Source: Proteromonas lacertae (lineage: Eukaryota). From it: DNA of 64,000 nucleotides. Numbering within the stretch: the first letter of the stretch is position 1; each line of letters begins with the position of its first letter. The notes under the pieces were generated by a model. It saw only the letters and a list, made by a program, of their open reading frames with translations. It made no database searches and was not told the DNA's origin. This document shows, piece by piece, positions 11,783-23,891 of this stretch. The DNA lies in NCBI GenBank assembly GCA_002245135.1, contig NGBS01001169.1, forward strand, positions 1-64,000, read 5' to 3'. The position numbers and the translations under genes are program-made.

Positions 11783-14252
11783 ATGAATAGACATTTGAAA
11801 GAGTGGAAATGCGCATATTGTAAATCGTTCAACAATGGATCGAATAAATACTGTACAAAATGTAATTTGTATGATAAAAACCAAATCTATCATTATCAAT
11901 TAAGTCATTGTGATCCATTATACATAAAATACATCAGACAATTTTTAGATATACGTCCCTCAATTTGGGCTGATATTATAAGTTACATTGAACCTAATGG
12001 TTCAGAGAATCTAAATGTTGGCTTACTTTACGGGTATATTTATAAATTATTATATTATGTTAAATATTTAAATGAATATTATTATTATTCTTTAGAAAAA
12101 AAGAATTTTTCACAGATAACTTCGATAGAGTAGAAGAAGAAAACGAATATCATTCATCATTCTATAAAGAGCCTTATCACTATAAAATAGGAGATTATGT
12201 TAGATTTAAAGATAAAAAAGGTCATCTGGTAGGAAAGATACTGTCGTTTTACAGTTCAGGTGGTAAGTATTATATGAATGTGTCAAAGTATTGAAATAAT
12301 GTTTTTACAGTATAATTTAGGTTGTTAAGAAGGAAAGACCTTCCAGTTTTACCACCTCATCGAATTAGATGTGATAGTCGTTGGTGCAGATGGATTGATG
12401 TAAATGAAATTGATAATTATGAGTTAATTATACCTGAGCCAAAGCTTCAGATCAAAATATCTGTATATATTCTATTATTCATTTTCATTAGACTAATGTA
12501 GTGGTGAGCAAATGTAGAGTATTACCATACAACAAATACCTTGAGACATTGTTAGTTCAAACAACTTATGAAGATGTTATTAAGTTGTATTATACAAGAT
12601 GTCAAGTATTTATGATGTTTTCTTTTAATAATATTTATAGTTTTATACTCCAACAGAAACTTTGAACACTTTACATGGTTTAGCTATGGAATCCTCAAAT
12701 TATAATTATTTTCCTCATAGAGCTTCAAGAGTAGGTCCAAGATTTCAAGCATTTGTTACAGCATTTGATCCATCAGTGAAATTAAATAAAGATGAAGTAA
12801 AACGTATAATTTCTTTTTTTTAATATTTACTATAACTATAGAAATGGAATTAGTTTATGAACCAAAAGATGATTTAGATCAAGATAAAGTCGCTAAATAT
12901 ATAGCAGATTGCCTTAGCAAAGATGTAAGTGAAGATATTGCTTATAATATCTTATTTTCACATGGTTATAATTTTGAAAAGTCACAAGCTTTTGTTGATG
13001 ATTTGCCAGAGAAATATTCACCAGAGTTTTATGAAACAATTGTTCATAAGGAGTTATTAGATAAACCGTATATATATATATATATTATATAATAACCAAT
13101 AATTAGAGTTGTATTTTCTGAAGAAGAATATTTAAGAACTGTTACAAAGAGAAAATGTAGAAGTTATGATCAATTGACAACTCAATGGGGTAAATCCATA
13201 TTACATGATTTCAGAAGAAACAGAACAAAAAGACAAAAGAGAAATGATATAGTGAGACAGATATTGGAGAATGAGATATATGAAAAAGAAGAAGAAGCAG
13301 AAGAGGAGGAGGAAGAAGGAGATAATAATGATGATGTTGTAGAAGAAGAAGAAATTGATCATGAATGTGAAATATGTCATTGTCCAGGAAATTTAATTAA
13401 ATGTAGTGGTAATTGTGAGAAATATTTCCACAAGGATTGTTTAGGAGATGATACAATAGATAATACTTCAACATGGTATTGTGATAAATGTAAATCATTG
13501 TTTAATCCCCATGACAATAGCAATATTGAATTAGCAATAAAACTAATGAATTCAACAGGAGATTGTCCAGTAAGTAGTTGTGATCAATCACGAAAATCAA
13601 GAAAAGGAATATCTTGGCATATTTCTCAATCTCATAGTATTGAAAATACTGTATTGACTAATATATTTCAGTTGGCATGTAATTTGAATATGGTTGTTGA
13701 TATTAGTTCTAATTCAATTTGTTCAAATATATTAGAAGATTTGACTTGTCCAGTATTTGTATGTAAGAATAAGTTTAATCGTTTGTTGGCTCTTAGATGG
13801 CATTGTATGGCTATTCATCACATTAAATTCCAAGATGGTATTTATTTTATATAAATATAATAATTTTGTTATTTTGAATAGAAGAAGATGTAAGAAGAGA
13901 AAATATTAAAATAGAAATGAATGATGAATTTACAAGTGAAAGAATAAGTGATGTTAAAAATGAGAAAGATGATAGTACTACAGCAGAAGATATAGAAAAC
14001 AACAAAAATAATGAATTAATTAAATCAGTAAAAGAGAATTCTCAACAACAAGTTAAAATATCATCTTCATCCCCTGCCAATTCAATTGAATCAATTGAAA
14101 AAGACAGTAGTGAGAAGAAAAACGAAGAAATTGTCAAATTATCTGGAAAATCATTTATATGTCCAATTATATCATGTTATATACAATTCTCTAGTCTAAA
14201 AGATTGTGAAGACCACATTCTAAACAGTCACTATTTGGTAGTGAATAATTAA
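11783..14252 (+). CDS. Chromatin regulator: RanBP2-type Zn finger, BAH-like, ELM2-like, PHD finger and C2H2-like fingers
   Basis: WKCAYCKSFN..CTKC; YKIGDYVRF..VGKI (BAH-like); SRVGPRFQA (ELM2 signature); CEICH..LIKCSGNCEKYFHKDCL..WYCDKC (PHD); repeated CPV..C..H..H. Seven GT-AG introns join the frames. Confidence 0.7.
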
Positions 14253-14413
14253 GAAAATTTTCATTACTTGCTTATTGTATACTCTATTATAAGTATTGAT
14301 TATTTCATATTGATTTGTTTATGAGGTGTTATCGATGTAATAATAACATAAATATAGTATAAATTATAAATTCCTAAATTTATATTTGCCCTGTTAGTAA
14401 CGATTGGTTTATA

Positions 14414-15691
14414 TTATTCGTTCCATTCTCTTTCTGATTTTCTATTCTCTTTTTCTTTCTCTTTCTGTTCCTTTTTCTTCTTAATTTCTTCATCATGAGC
14501 TTCATCTAACGTCTTACCAATATATCTATTCAAAATAACTAAACATATCAATTCAATAAACACATAAATCACTAAACTTCTAAATCCCCATCCAGGTCCA
14601 ATATATTTATTCAAATATCCAATAACTATTTGGTATAACGAATTAATAATAGATTGTAAGAATATAATAAAGCAAGAATTGATTGGTGCTTTTTCTTTCC
14701 ATATTTTCACTCCAACTGACATTAAAACAGGCCAATTCAATCCTATTGGCAATCCAACAAACAACAATATGTAAATTCCATTTCTACCAACAATAAATGA
14801 AGATATCATTATAACAATCACACTAATAGCAACTATATACAAAGATCTAATATATCCTATTTTTTCAACAAAATATCCCAAGAATAATCTACCAAAAGTG
14901 AAAGTAACATAATAAGCAGAAGCAAACCAAGCTCCTTCCTTTGTTACATCCATTCCAAATACATCATGGAAATATAAACCACTCCAATTGACTATTCCTA
15001 ATTCATATATTTCCATTAATCCAAATATAAAGCCAACATACCATACCATCGGATCTTTTATTGATGTTTTTAATGACATAACAGATTCACTATTCTCTAC
15101 TTCAGTAATTTCAAAGCTAGAAAATGAAGCAAAACCAAATAAGAGTAAAACTAAAAAGAGTAAAAAGTAATAAACACTTCTATAGGATTCATTCATATAG
15201 TTTTTCATCCCACCTACTATAAATGGTCCAACAATCGCACCAAAGCCAAAAAAGAATTGCATGACGGTATATTTGATTGAAGTGTCTGTAGTAAATATAG
15301 CTGAATCAAGAGAATGAATAGATATATCAATCATCCCAAAACCCATCCAGATTGTGAATAACGCTGGGAATAGATAATAATAGGATGGAGCTAATATAGT
15401 TGCATAAAAACCTAGAATAATTATAAAAAATGCTATTTGAAAAGACTTCTTGATGCCTGTGAAAGGCATTATTAGTGTACCTATTACACTAGCCACACTA
15501 TATCCATACAATGCTGTTCCAACTAAGTACCCTTGCGTATCATCATCTAAATTCAAGTCTAGCTTAATTAGAGGAAATACTACTGATTTTGCATTTTCAC
15601 ACATTCCATATATCGTCATGGTGACATAGCTGAATATAACATAATACCAAATAATATCCAGGTGAAATTTTTTGGCTATATCGTCAAGCAT
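14414..15691 (-). CDS. Intronless major facilitator superfamily transporter (FucP/GlcP-like), copy 1
   Basis: About 12 hydrophobic helices; FFFGFGAIVGP, E.GIVNW, FTFGRLFLG, GLNWP. First ATG at 15691 (the track starts at an upstream non-ATG codon). Confidence 0.85.
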   Translation of the reverse strand: MLDDIAKKFHLDIIWYYVIFSYVTMTIYGMCENAKSVVFPLIKLDLNLDDDTQGYLVGTALYGYSVASVIGTLIMPFTGIKKSFQIAFFIIILGFYATILAPSYYYLFPALFTIWMGFGMIDISIHSLDSAIFTTDTSIKYTVMQFFFGFGAIVGPFIVGGMKNYMNESYRSVYYFLLFLVLLLFGFASFSSFEITEVENSESVMSLKTSIKDPMVWYVGFIFGLMEIYELGIVNWSGLYFHDVFGMDVTKEGAWFASAYYVTFTFGRLFLGYFVEKIGYIRSLYIVAISVIVIMISSFIVGRNGIYILLFVGLPIGLNWPVLMSVGVKIWKEKAPINSCFIIFLQSIINSLYQIVIGYLNKYIGPGWGFRSLVIYVFIELICLVILNRYIGKTLDEAHDEEIKKKKEQKEKEKENRKSEREWNE

Positions 15692-15802
15692 TTTTAAAAT
15701 GAAATAAAGAAACACAAATTTTTAAAACGAATAAATTATCAATACAAAAGTAAGTAATATTATTTCTAATTAGTTTATTTCAATAATACTATAAGATTAA
15801 AT

Positions 15803-17089
15803 TTATACAGTCTCGTTTGAAATGAGTGATTTATTTTGTTCATCAATTATTTTCTGTTTTTCTGCTTTTTCCTCTTCTCTCTCTTTGTCCTCTTTTTCTT
15901 TAGCTTCATTCAACTGTTTTCCAATCCAGCAGTATAAGATAAACAACAAAAATAATGTAATTACAACATATACAACCAAACTCCTATATCCCCATGCATT
16001 TCCAATCTTATCATTAATTATTCCAGTAACATACTGGAAAATAGCATTTAAAGTAGATCCAATTCCAATAATTATACATGTTTTCAGTGAAGCTTCATTT
16101 CCCCACACTTTTACACCAACAGACATTGCAACAGGCCAATTCAAAGCAATAGGAGCTCCAGACAACATTAATATATACAATCCATTTCTACCTACAATAA
16201 AGCCAGTAATCATTATAATAATAACTAAAATTGCATTGACAATAAGTGTATTTAAATATCCTACTCTTTCTATAAAGTAACCCATTGTTAATCTTGATAT
16301 AGTAAAAGTGAGATAAAATAATGAAGCAAATTTTGCACCTTCTACTTCTACACTCATTCCATAGACATCTTGGAAATATAAACCAGCCCAATCACAAGTT
16401 CCCAACTCTGTTATTTCATTCATTCCAACGATTAATCCAATAAACCAAACTAATGGATCTTTTAATGCATGTAAAACATTCATTTCTGATTCACTCTCTT
16501 GTACTTCCTGGATATTGAAATTAGAGAAAGAAACAAGACCAAAGAGGATGAGAGCTGGGAATAATAAGAAATAATAAACACTTCTGTAACTTTCATCCAT
16601 TAGTTTTATCATTAAAGTAGCAATATACGGTGATATAATACTTCCTAAACCATAGAAGAAATGCATAACAGAGTATTTAATTGCACTATTCTTGGTGAAT
16701 ATTGCAGCAGCCATAGAATTGGTTGAAACTTCAAACATGCCAAATGCCATCCAAACACAGAAAAGAGTAAAATAAAGATAGTAATATTGTCTAGTTAGTA
16801 TAGTTCCATAAAATCCAACAAAAGATGATATAATACCAAGTTGTAAACTCCTTTTTATACCAATTAATGGAATAAAAAATAGAGGGCCAATACAACAAGT
16901 CACAGTGTATCCATATCCAGAAATTGCAATGATAGAACCTAATACTTCGTTAGAAATGTCCAAACTTTCTCTAATTTTGGGAAATACAACTGCTTTGACA
17001 TTTTCTGACATACCAAACAAAGTCATAATGCCATAAATCAGGGCAATATGATAGTAAGAACTGTGTTGATATTCTTCTTTCTGTTCCAT
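15803..17089 (-). CDS. Intronless MFS transporter (FucP/GlcP-like), copy 2; tandem paralog
   Basis: 428 aa, colinear with copy 1 (ENxKxVVFP, IKYxVM.FF.G.G, ESYRSVYYFLLF, KDPxVW, GRNG.YIL, NWPVxMSVGVKxW). Confidence 0.85.
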   Translation of the reverse strand: MEQKEEYQHSSYYHIALIYGIMTLFGMSENVKAVVFPKIRESLDISNEVLGSIIAISGYGYTVTCCIGPLFFIPLIGIKRSLQLGIISSFVGFYGTILTRQYYYLYFTLFCVWMAFGMFEVSTNSMAAAIFTKNSAIKYSVMHFFYGLGSIISPYIATLMIKLMDESYRSVYYFLLFPALILFGLVSFSNFNIQEVQESESEMNVLHALKDPLVWFIGLIVGMNEITELGTCDWAGLYFQDVYGMSVEVEGAKFASLFYLTFTISRLTMGYFIERVGYLNTLIVNAILVIIIMITGFIVGRNGLYILMLSGAPIALNWPVAMSVGVKVWGNEASLKTCIIIGIGSTLNAIFQYVTGIINDKIGNAWGYRSLVVYVVITLFLLFILYCWIGKQLNEAKEKEDKEREEEKAEKQKIIDEQNKSLISNETV

Positions 17090-17141
17090 CTTAATTCTCT
17101 AAAACACAAACGAAAAGCTTGATTATGTTTGATCTTTATTT

Positions 17142-17164
17142 AACAACACAACAAACAATACAAT
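17142..17164 (-). terminator. GT-rich 3'-end element containing TGTTTGTT (representative copy)
   Basis: The minus strand reads ..TTGTATTGTTTGTTGTGTTGTT about 50-70 nt after the stop at 17214. Similar tracts follow PDI, DDX42, SAS10, DDX56 and the RGS gene. Confidence 0.5.
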
Positions 17165-17213
17165 ATAATAATTAAAATGAGAAAAAGATTTAAAAGATAA
17201 AAGTACTATTCAA

Positions 17214-19047
17214 TTATTTAGTTGATAAAGGTGGTAATTTGGATATTCTTGATCCACCTTTCGTAGACGATGGAGTAGGAAGTACAGAAAGTCTTGACCT
17301 TGGACCAGATGTAGTAGACACTCTCAACTTCGAATCCTTACCTCCCATAAAGGATGGAGGTAATAGAGATTCTCTTTTCAAGTTGTTCAAGATCTTCTTT
17401 CTCTTCTTGAGGCGGTGGTGCAGTTTGTGGCTTTACAACACTTTCTCTTTTCTTATAAATAGGTAATAATCTATCAAATAGATCAGATAATTCATCTCTT
17501 GTTGGTGCAAAATGATAAAAAGGACGAAGAGGTTTCTTTAAATTCTTATCGAATTTTACATTCATTTTCCATTTCTAAATAATAATAATAATAATAATAT
17601 ACATTTCTTTCATTTTTAAATGTTTTCAACTGTTTTCTATAATCCTTTAATCTTGTCATAAACAATGCAGCTAATTCCTTTTCAACTACATCTCGAGGTA
17701 TGATTGTTATTCTTTTAGGCTTCTTCTGCGTTGGATCTAATAATTGTCTTTGTGAATATTTCAATTTATTTTGTAATATAATATTGTGTTTAGCTTTCTC
17801 TCTCAAATCATCTAAATAATAATTTAATTCAATTTGGTTGAATAAAGTATATATATAATCATTTTGAACTTTTCTCATTACATATATATTTCTAATCCAA
17901 TTCTGTAAACGATGAACTCGGATTAAATATCTTTTCACAACACTTCTTAAATCAATTATTGAAAATAAAGATGATAAAAATGTGTTTATTGTATTAGCAG
18001 CTCTAATCTTAGCCATTAATCGAACTCTAAAGATCTTATTCATTACAAATTTCCTAATTACTCTATAAGCTCTTCTTTTTCTAAACATTCGATAATATAT
18101 CAATATTCTTAAACAGGGGTATAAATAATGCCAATAAATTGTTAATACAGGCTTGTAATCCTCAAACTCTTTCTTAATATACATCGATCTACTGGTTAAT
18201 GCGATTACTGTAAACCATAAACTAGCTCTTCTTCTAACTTGGAATTTATTCACTATCTTTTGTCTTCTAAATACTACTCTTGATTCTGTTGTACTTGATA
18301 ATATATGATTTCTTCTTTCCTCTTCCGCTTTTCTTTTCTTTTCTTGTGCTGTTTTTATTCTTTCAGCTGTTAATTTTTTGTTCCTTTTCTCTTTGTTGTT
18401 GTAATAATTCACAGAAGAGTGGTGTTAACATTATATTACGTATTACACGATCTTGAGGATTCTTTGCTTTTTGGTATGTTGGATTTTCTCGTTGTTCGTC
18501 TATCTTTTGCTCTAGATTTTCTCTTAATTCATCTAATGATTTTTGGCGATATTTTTGGAATTTTGTGGTTTGTAGTTCTACTAATGTTAGTCTTTGGTTG
18601 ATTGGATCTATTTTTTTCTTCTTTTTTAGAGGAGTTGTCTATTATTATCATAATTAGATAAATTTAATGAAGTATACTGTTATAGGAAGTTCAGGTTCGC
18701 TATTACTATATTCTAGCATATTATTAGAATTACAAACTCTCATCTTCATTGTATATTCTTCATACTACATATACATTAAAATTAATAACATACATCTTTA
18801 TTGACTCGCTGTGATATAGGACTTAGAGCTTTGTGACGAGCAATAATATTGAGAGAAGGCATAATTCTTAAATCGCTTTCACTCAGGCAATGTGAAGTGT
18901 CATTGAGAGAACGTTGCTCTCCATTATCATAACCTTCGATAGAATCTTCAGGAAACTCCTGAATTCTGTATATATTAGAGTTTTTATAAAATGTCGTTTT
19001 TTTGACCGTTACAAAATATTTGATGAAGAGAATGTAGATAGATCCAT
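17214..19047 (-). CDS. Basic hypothetical protein with IQ-like motifs (spliced; three apparent homopolymer frameshifts)
   Basis: Model MDLSTFSSSNIL|IQEFPED..; IQ-like segments RRAYRVIRKF, RAANTINTFL, RVHRLQNWIR; ends ..SKLPPLSTK*. Needs +1 corrections near 18541, 18375 and 17376. Confidence 0.55.
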
Positions 19048-19146
19048 TAATGGATAATACAATTTCTATTTTAATGTGTAGAAAATAAGCATATGTGAAT
19101 AAAATATATTCTAAAACAAATGTGAAATTATTAAATAGAAGAATAA

Positions 19147-19916
19147 TTATTCTTGTTTGCATTTATTAGCATTATCATACTCAAATTTAAGTCTATTAGG
19201 TATATGAGTGTAATTCTATGATTAAGTAATCAATGATAAAAATATACTTTGAAATATAACCAATTAAATGGCCACTTATTCACAATAACATCATAATAAT
19301 GAACAAAATACTATTCATTAATAATATACAATAGAAATACATGAAAAGTAAAATAATACCAAATCAAACCATAAATAAAACCAAATGTATATCCACATAC
19401 AACTTGAAATACAGTATGTTGACCTAAGTAATATCTTGAAAATGCAACAATAAATGACCAGACTATTAATACTGCAACACAAAATAAATTTGAGATGTAA
19501 TAATCAAACTTGAATTTGTTTAAAAACAACAATCCATTATAACATGCAAAAAATGCTATGAACTGAGAATGATCACTTGGAAAACCATTACCAGGTGTGT
19601 ATGATGCTAATATAAATAACGTACAAATGAAATACTATCTGGACGAGGTTGATTAACAAACAAACTGATTAATAAATTCAAGCCAACACAAGTTAACTAA
19701 ATTTGATTAATGTTATTAACATACTTGTCCAATACAAGTGACAACTGTTTGAATATCTCTATTTAAACCAATCAAAGTTGCATACATCACCATTATGTAA
19801 CTAAATTTAAATAAATGATTGAATAAATACACTGGTGACAATGTAAACAGTGCTAATATCCATGATATAACATTATGTTCCTCATGTTCTACGTAGGTCA
19901 AGTAAAAAGGCTTCAT
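19147..19916 (-). CDS. DOLPP1: Dolichyldiphosphatase (PAP2 family)
   Basis: MKPFYLTYVE..LALFTLSPV, QPRP, GFPSDHSQF, SRYYLGQHTVFQVVCG; five ~30-nt GT-AG introns. Confidence 0.85.
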
Positions 19917-19987
19917 TTAAAAATCAAAAAATAAATATATCCGTTTCTTTTTCAGTTTTTAAATCTAGTTTTTGAAAATCTAACACA

Positions 19988-22206
19988 ATGACAAGTGAAC
20001 AATTCGCTATAAAAACACAGAAGCTATTTAATAGGAAAAGACCACTTAGTGGATGTATTTCTACACTCAAAAGGTATAGAATTATCAAATTCTATTTTAG
20101 AACACAACCACCATCTTTATTTCAATCATTTAATAAATCACTATCATCTCCAGCTACAATGGTACATTCTATGAATATACTTGTAAATAGATCAAAACAA
20201 AAGGAGGAGAGACATTCACTCCTAATGTTAGAGAATTAGCACTAGAACTACCAACAAAGCATGTAATAAGACAAAGTTGTACAAACTCTATTGGAGGAAT
20301 TAACACTAAAAATCCTGAATCAGCTCCAAGGCTATTTTCAGTAAAACCAACAGCATTAGCATTTGGAATAATACGATTAGGATGTACTTATCGTTATACA
20401 TTCACAATACAGAACATAGGATATGAATCAGGAAGATATCGAATAAATCCTCCCAACAATCCATGTATATGGTGTATAACAAGAGGTAATAGAGTAGCTC
20501 CAGGGATGATTCATACATTAGAACTCGAATTCTTAGCTGTACAAGAGGGTGATATAAATGAAACAATTCAAATATATACAGAATGTGAAATTTATAATAT
20601 TCCAATTACAGCATTAGTATTAAACGCTACAGAATATGAAAAGTATTTAAACCAAAGGCGAAGGCACAATCGACCATTATATCCTGAAAATGTGAAGTTA
20701 TTTAGTGCAATTCCAACTAGTTCAAGACCAGATATAACAAACACTGAAATAAAGGAAATTCAAGATGGTGTGGATGAGTTTCACATTCCTATGGATACTA
20801 TAGATAATCCTGATATAGATGAAGAAGAAAGAGAAGATATAATGAATATGCCATCATTACCACATATGTATTGGGATAGAAATGAACAGAAAATGGTGAA
20901 ATTACCTTATCAATTTAGTACATACGTATATTTATTATTATTATTATTATATATAGACAAATGATGAATTAGAATTAGCTCAAATTCAACAACAATTTGC
21001 ATTACTTGAAATTGATAAATTACAAAAGGATTATCGTAGTGTTCCACCAAGTGGTATACTATTATATAAAAAGTTATGGACTGATCAATATGATGAGAAT
21101 AAAAGTTCAATATTTCATCCATATAATAATAATAATAATACAAATTTAGACGAAACACTTTATACAACCAATACAAAAAGAATACAACTTCGTCTTCATC
21201 AATTGTATTGAACAATAATAATACAGAATCACAATCAAAATTAATACCAACACAACCAATTCAACTACCAATCAATGCTACTACTACAACAGCTACGTCA
21301 TCAGCAAGATCAGAATCATTTGTTAATAATGAACCACTTATTCCTCAACCAATGAAATTCCCTGAAAATGAGATATTAATGAGAAAAAGGAAAGAATATA
21401 ATCCAAGTCCATTATCAACATCTAATGTAATATATAGTGAAAACCACAATAAAGAGAATCAACAAGAGAATAGTAATAAAGAAATAGAAAAAGTAAATGA
21501 GAATAAATCTAGAAATACCGTTAGTAGAAGATCATCTTCATCATCTTCTAAGAGAAGTTCAATTAAATCATTAAAAATAGCATCAGAAACATTAAAACCA
21601 CCTCCATTACAATTACATACAACTTCATCTGAACCAATAATGGTTAGATACAATAGTTATAATAATAAAGCTGCACCATCTCCTTCACCTATCATGTTTA
21701 ACCATAAATCTATCAATAATAATGACAATAATCCAGTTATTGATTTACCTCCTAGTAATTATGTTGATAGAGAAGATAGAAGAAGAAATAGTATTAAACA
21801 GAATCAACAATTATCCAATCAATATAATTCATTCCATTCTTCACAAGATGCTGTGAAAGTTGAAGATGTTGATGATTTGTTGGTAGTTGATGAAGAGATT
21901 AAATTGAGTAATAACAAAGAAGAAGAAGAAGAAATACAACCAAATGAACAACAACAGCAACAGTTACCTCCTTTAGCACCAACAGTACAATATCCTCATC
22001 TTGATTCATTCGTATCTGACTCTGTGCAAGAATGGAGTCAAGAATTAGAGCATTTAACACCAAGAGAGATTGAAATTAAGAATTGTGCTCCAGTTATTGG
22101 AAAAGAAGATGAGAGTATATTTATATTAGTTTTATTTGTCATAGATATTTTGATAGAAACTGATGAGAAGATTTTACAGCGAATGCTTAAGTTATTAGAT
22201 AAATAG
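19988..22206 (+). CDS. Protein with an ASH/PapD-like domain resembling the SPAG17/PF6 C-terminus, followed by a low-complexity region
   Basis: FSVKPTALAFGIIRLGCTYRYTFTIQNIGYESGRYRINPP..VAPGMIHTLELEFLA..IQIYTECEIYNIPITALVL; short GT-AG introns; one A-run frameshift near 21175. Confidence 0.6.
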
Positions 22207-22616
22207 ACGTTATTTTATTTATAAATTAATAGTTTGTCACTTTTTCAAGATTATTAATATATTTATTCATTTTTTCTTCAATTGTTGATATTGTGTAGCT
22301 GTTACCTCATATATTATGATAAGCAACTTTTAACCATTTCACAGTACGATGGTTAGATAATCACATGTGTAACTGATTTCTAACGAATAGTTTTTAATCA
22401 TACTTAATCTTCTCATAGCTTGCTTATTGCGTTTTAAACAAATCATTCCTCATCATGGCTACTCATTTAAACACCGAATATGCTAGTATACTATTATTAT
22501 TATAGGTGTTCTTGATCTTCAGTTCTATTCCTTCCGTCCACTTCTTGTTTTTTACTCTATTGCGTTATATATTTAATAATATAAGGATTACAATATTTTA
22601 TTCTTTATTTAAATAG

Positions 22617-22904
22617 ATGTAACATCACCAAAAGAACCAGTTGAAGGATTAGATGATGTATACTCGTTTTATAATCGTTATTTGTATATAGGCTGCTGTT
22701 TTATCAAAAGGAGTAAGAGTGGATGTTAAAGCAAATCCTGGAGTTAGAGTTGAAGGTACAAGCAATGCACAAGTACCAAGTGCAGCATTTAAAGCAACTG
22801 AAAGTCAAGATGCTGGTATATAGAACTATTGTTATTCTGTAATAGTTGAAACATCAGGTGGTGTAAGACCAGTCAAAGGTAAAAACCATTGCAATTTATT
22901 ATAA
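22617..22904 (+). CDS. Small protein ending in a CaaX prenylation motif (CNLL); 5' end not resolved
   Basis: Introns 22658-22691 (34 nt) and 22816-22845 (30 nt) give an open frame VTSPKEPVEGLDDAAVLSKGVRVDV..GGVRPVKGKNHCNLL*. Absent from the ORF track. Confidence 0.6.
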
Positions 22905-23027
22905 CTCATCGAATATTATTATTTTAATTGAATGTAAGCATATTAGATTTTCATTTTTTTAATTGTCTTTTTATGGGATTATTATCATACCAAAAGAAAT
23001 AAAACATAAAATCAAAAGATGATAGTT

Positions 23028-23726
23028 TTAAGCTTTATTATCTTCAGGTTTTTTATCAGAAATATTTAATTTTGAAAGATCTGGAGCATCAGATTCTGGA
23101 GCAGTTGTGGCTTGTGGAATTGGTTCAGCAGCTACTGGTATATTTAAAATTTTTGAGTTATTTTCTCTTGCATCATTGTATTGTTTTCTGAATTCTTGAG
23201 CAATCTATAAAATGAAGAAATTAAGTATAAATACTTTATAATCCTTGAAACGAATAGCATATTGTCCTTCCTTTAATTCACCATCAGAGTAATCTGATGC
23301 ATTAAATACCCATGATCTATCTGAACCAACATTAGGAGACTATTAACAAAAAAATAACAAAAATAATATATACAAGATAAAGTCTTGGATCAATCATGAA
23401 ATTAAGACATACTTTACCTGTCTTTTCTTGTCTCATAACGATTCTTATCTTTTTTGTTTCTTGATTTTGTAAAAATTTGCAGTCACCAGTGCCTCTTTCC
23501 TTCCAAAAATTCTTTCTTACCTCACCTCCATATTCTTCTTCTTCAAAGAATAGAAAAACACGACATCGTCTGTAAAATAGTAATAATTATTATACTGACT
23601 GTAAAGGCAATCTTCACCTTCATCTACTTTTATATCAACTTTTTCTAAATGCACTTCTGGGAGTTTTAGCTTTGAATCATCAACAGTTTCTTGTTCAACT
23701 TCGTCAGCTGGTTTAGTGTCAGACAT
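23028..23726 (-). CDS. RANBP1: Ran-binding protein 1
   Basis: Spliced: [55 protein letters not shown]. Confidence 0.9.
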
Positions 23727-23891
23727 TATACAATCTAATGCAACAAAAATAATTATAATGTCACTATATACTATATTTGATGAGAAAAGAATGAATAAAA
23801 AATTAAAAACAAATTATATAGTAATTCCTATTTAAACTGTCCCATCATTTTTGAATTCAAGCTTACACTCAAGCTGTAATTTAAAAAATAC

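Noticed and set aside
22345..22358. Minus-strand ATCTAACCATCGT resembling the 3' end of vertebrate U6atac as I recall it
   Set aside because: The conserved 5' U6atac core (AAGGAGAG box) is not visible nearby; probably a chance match.
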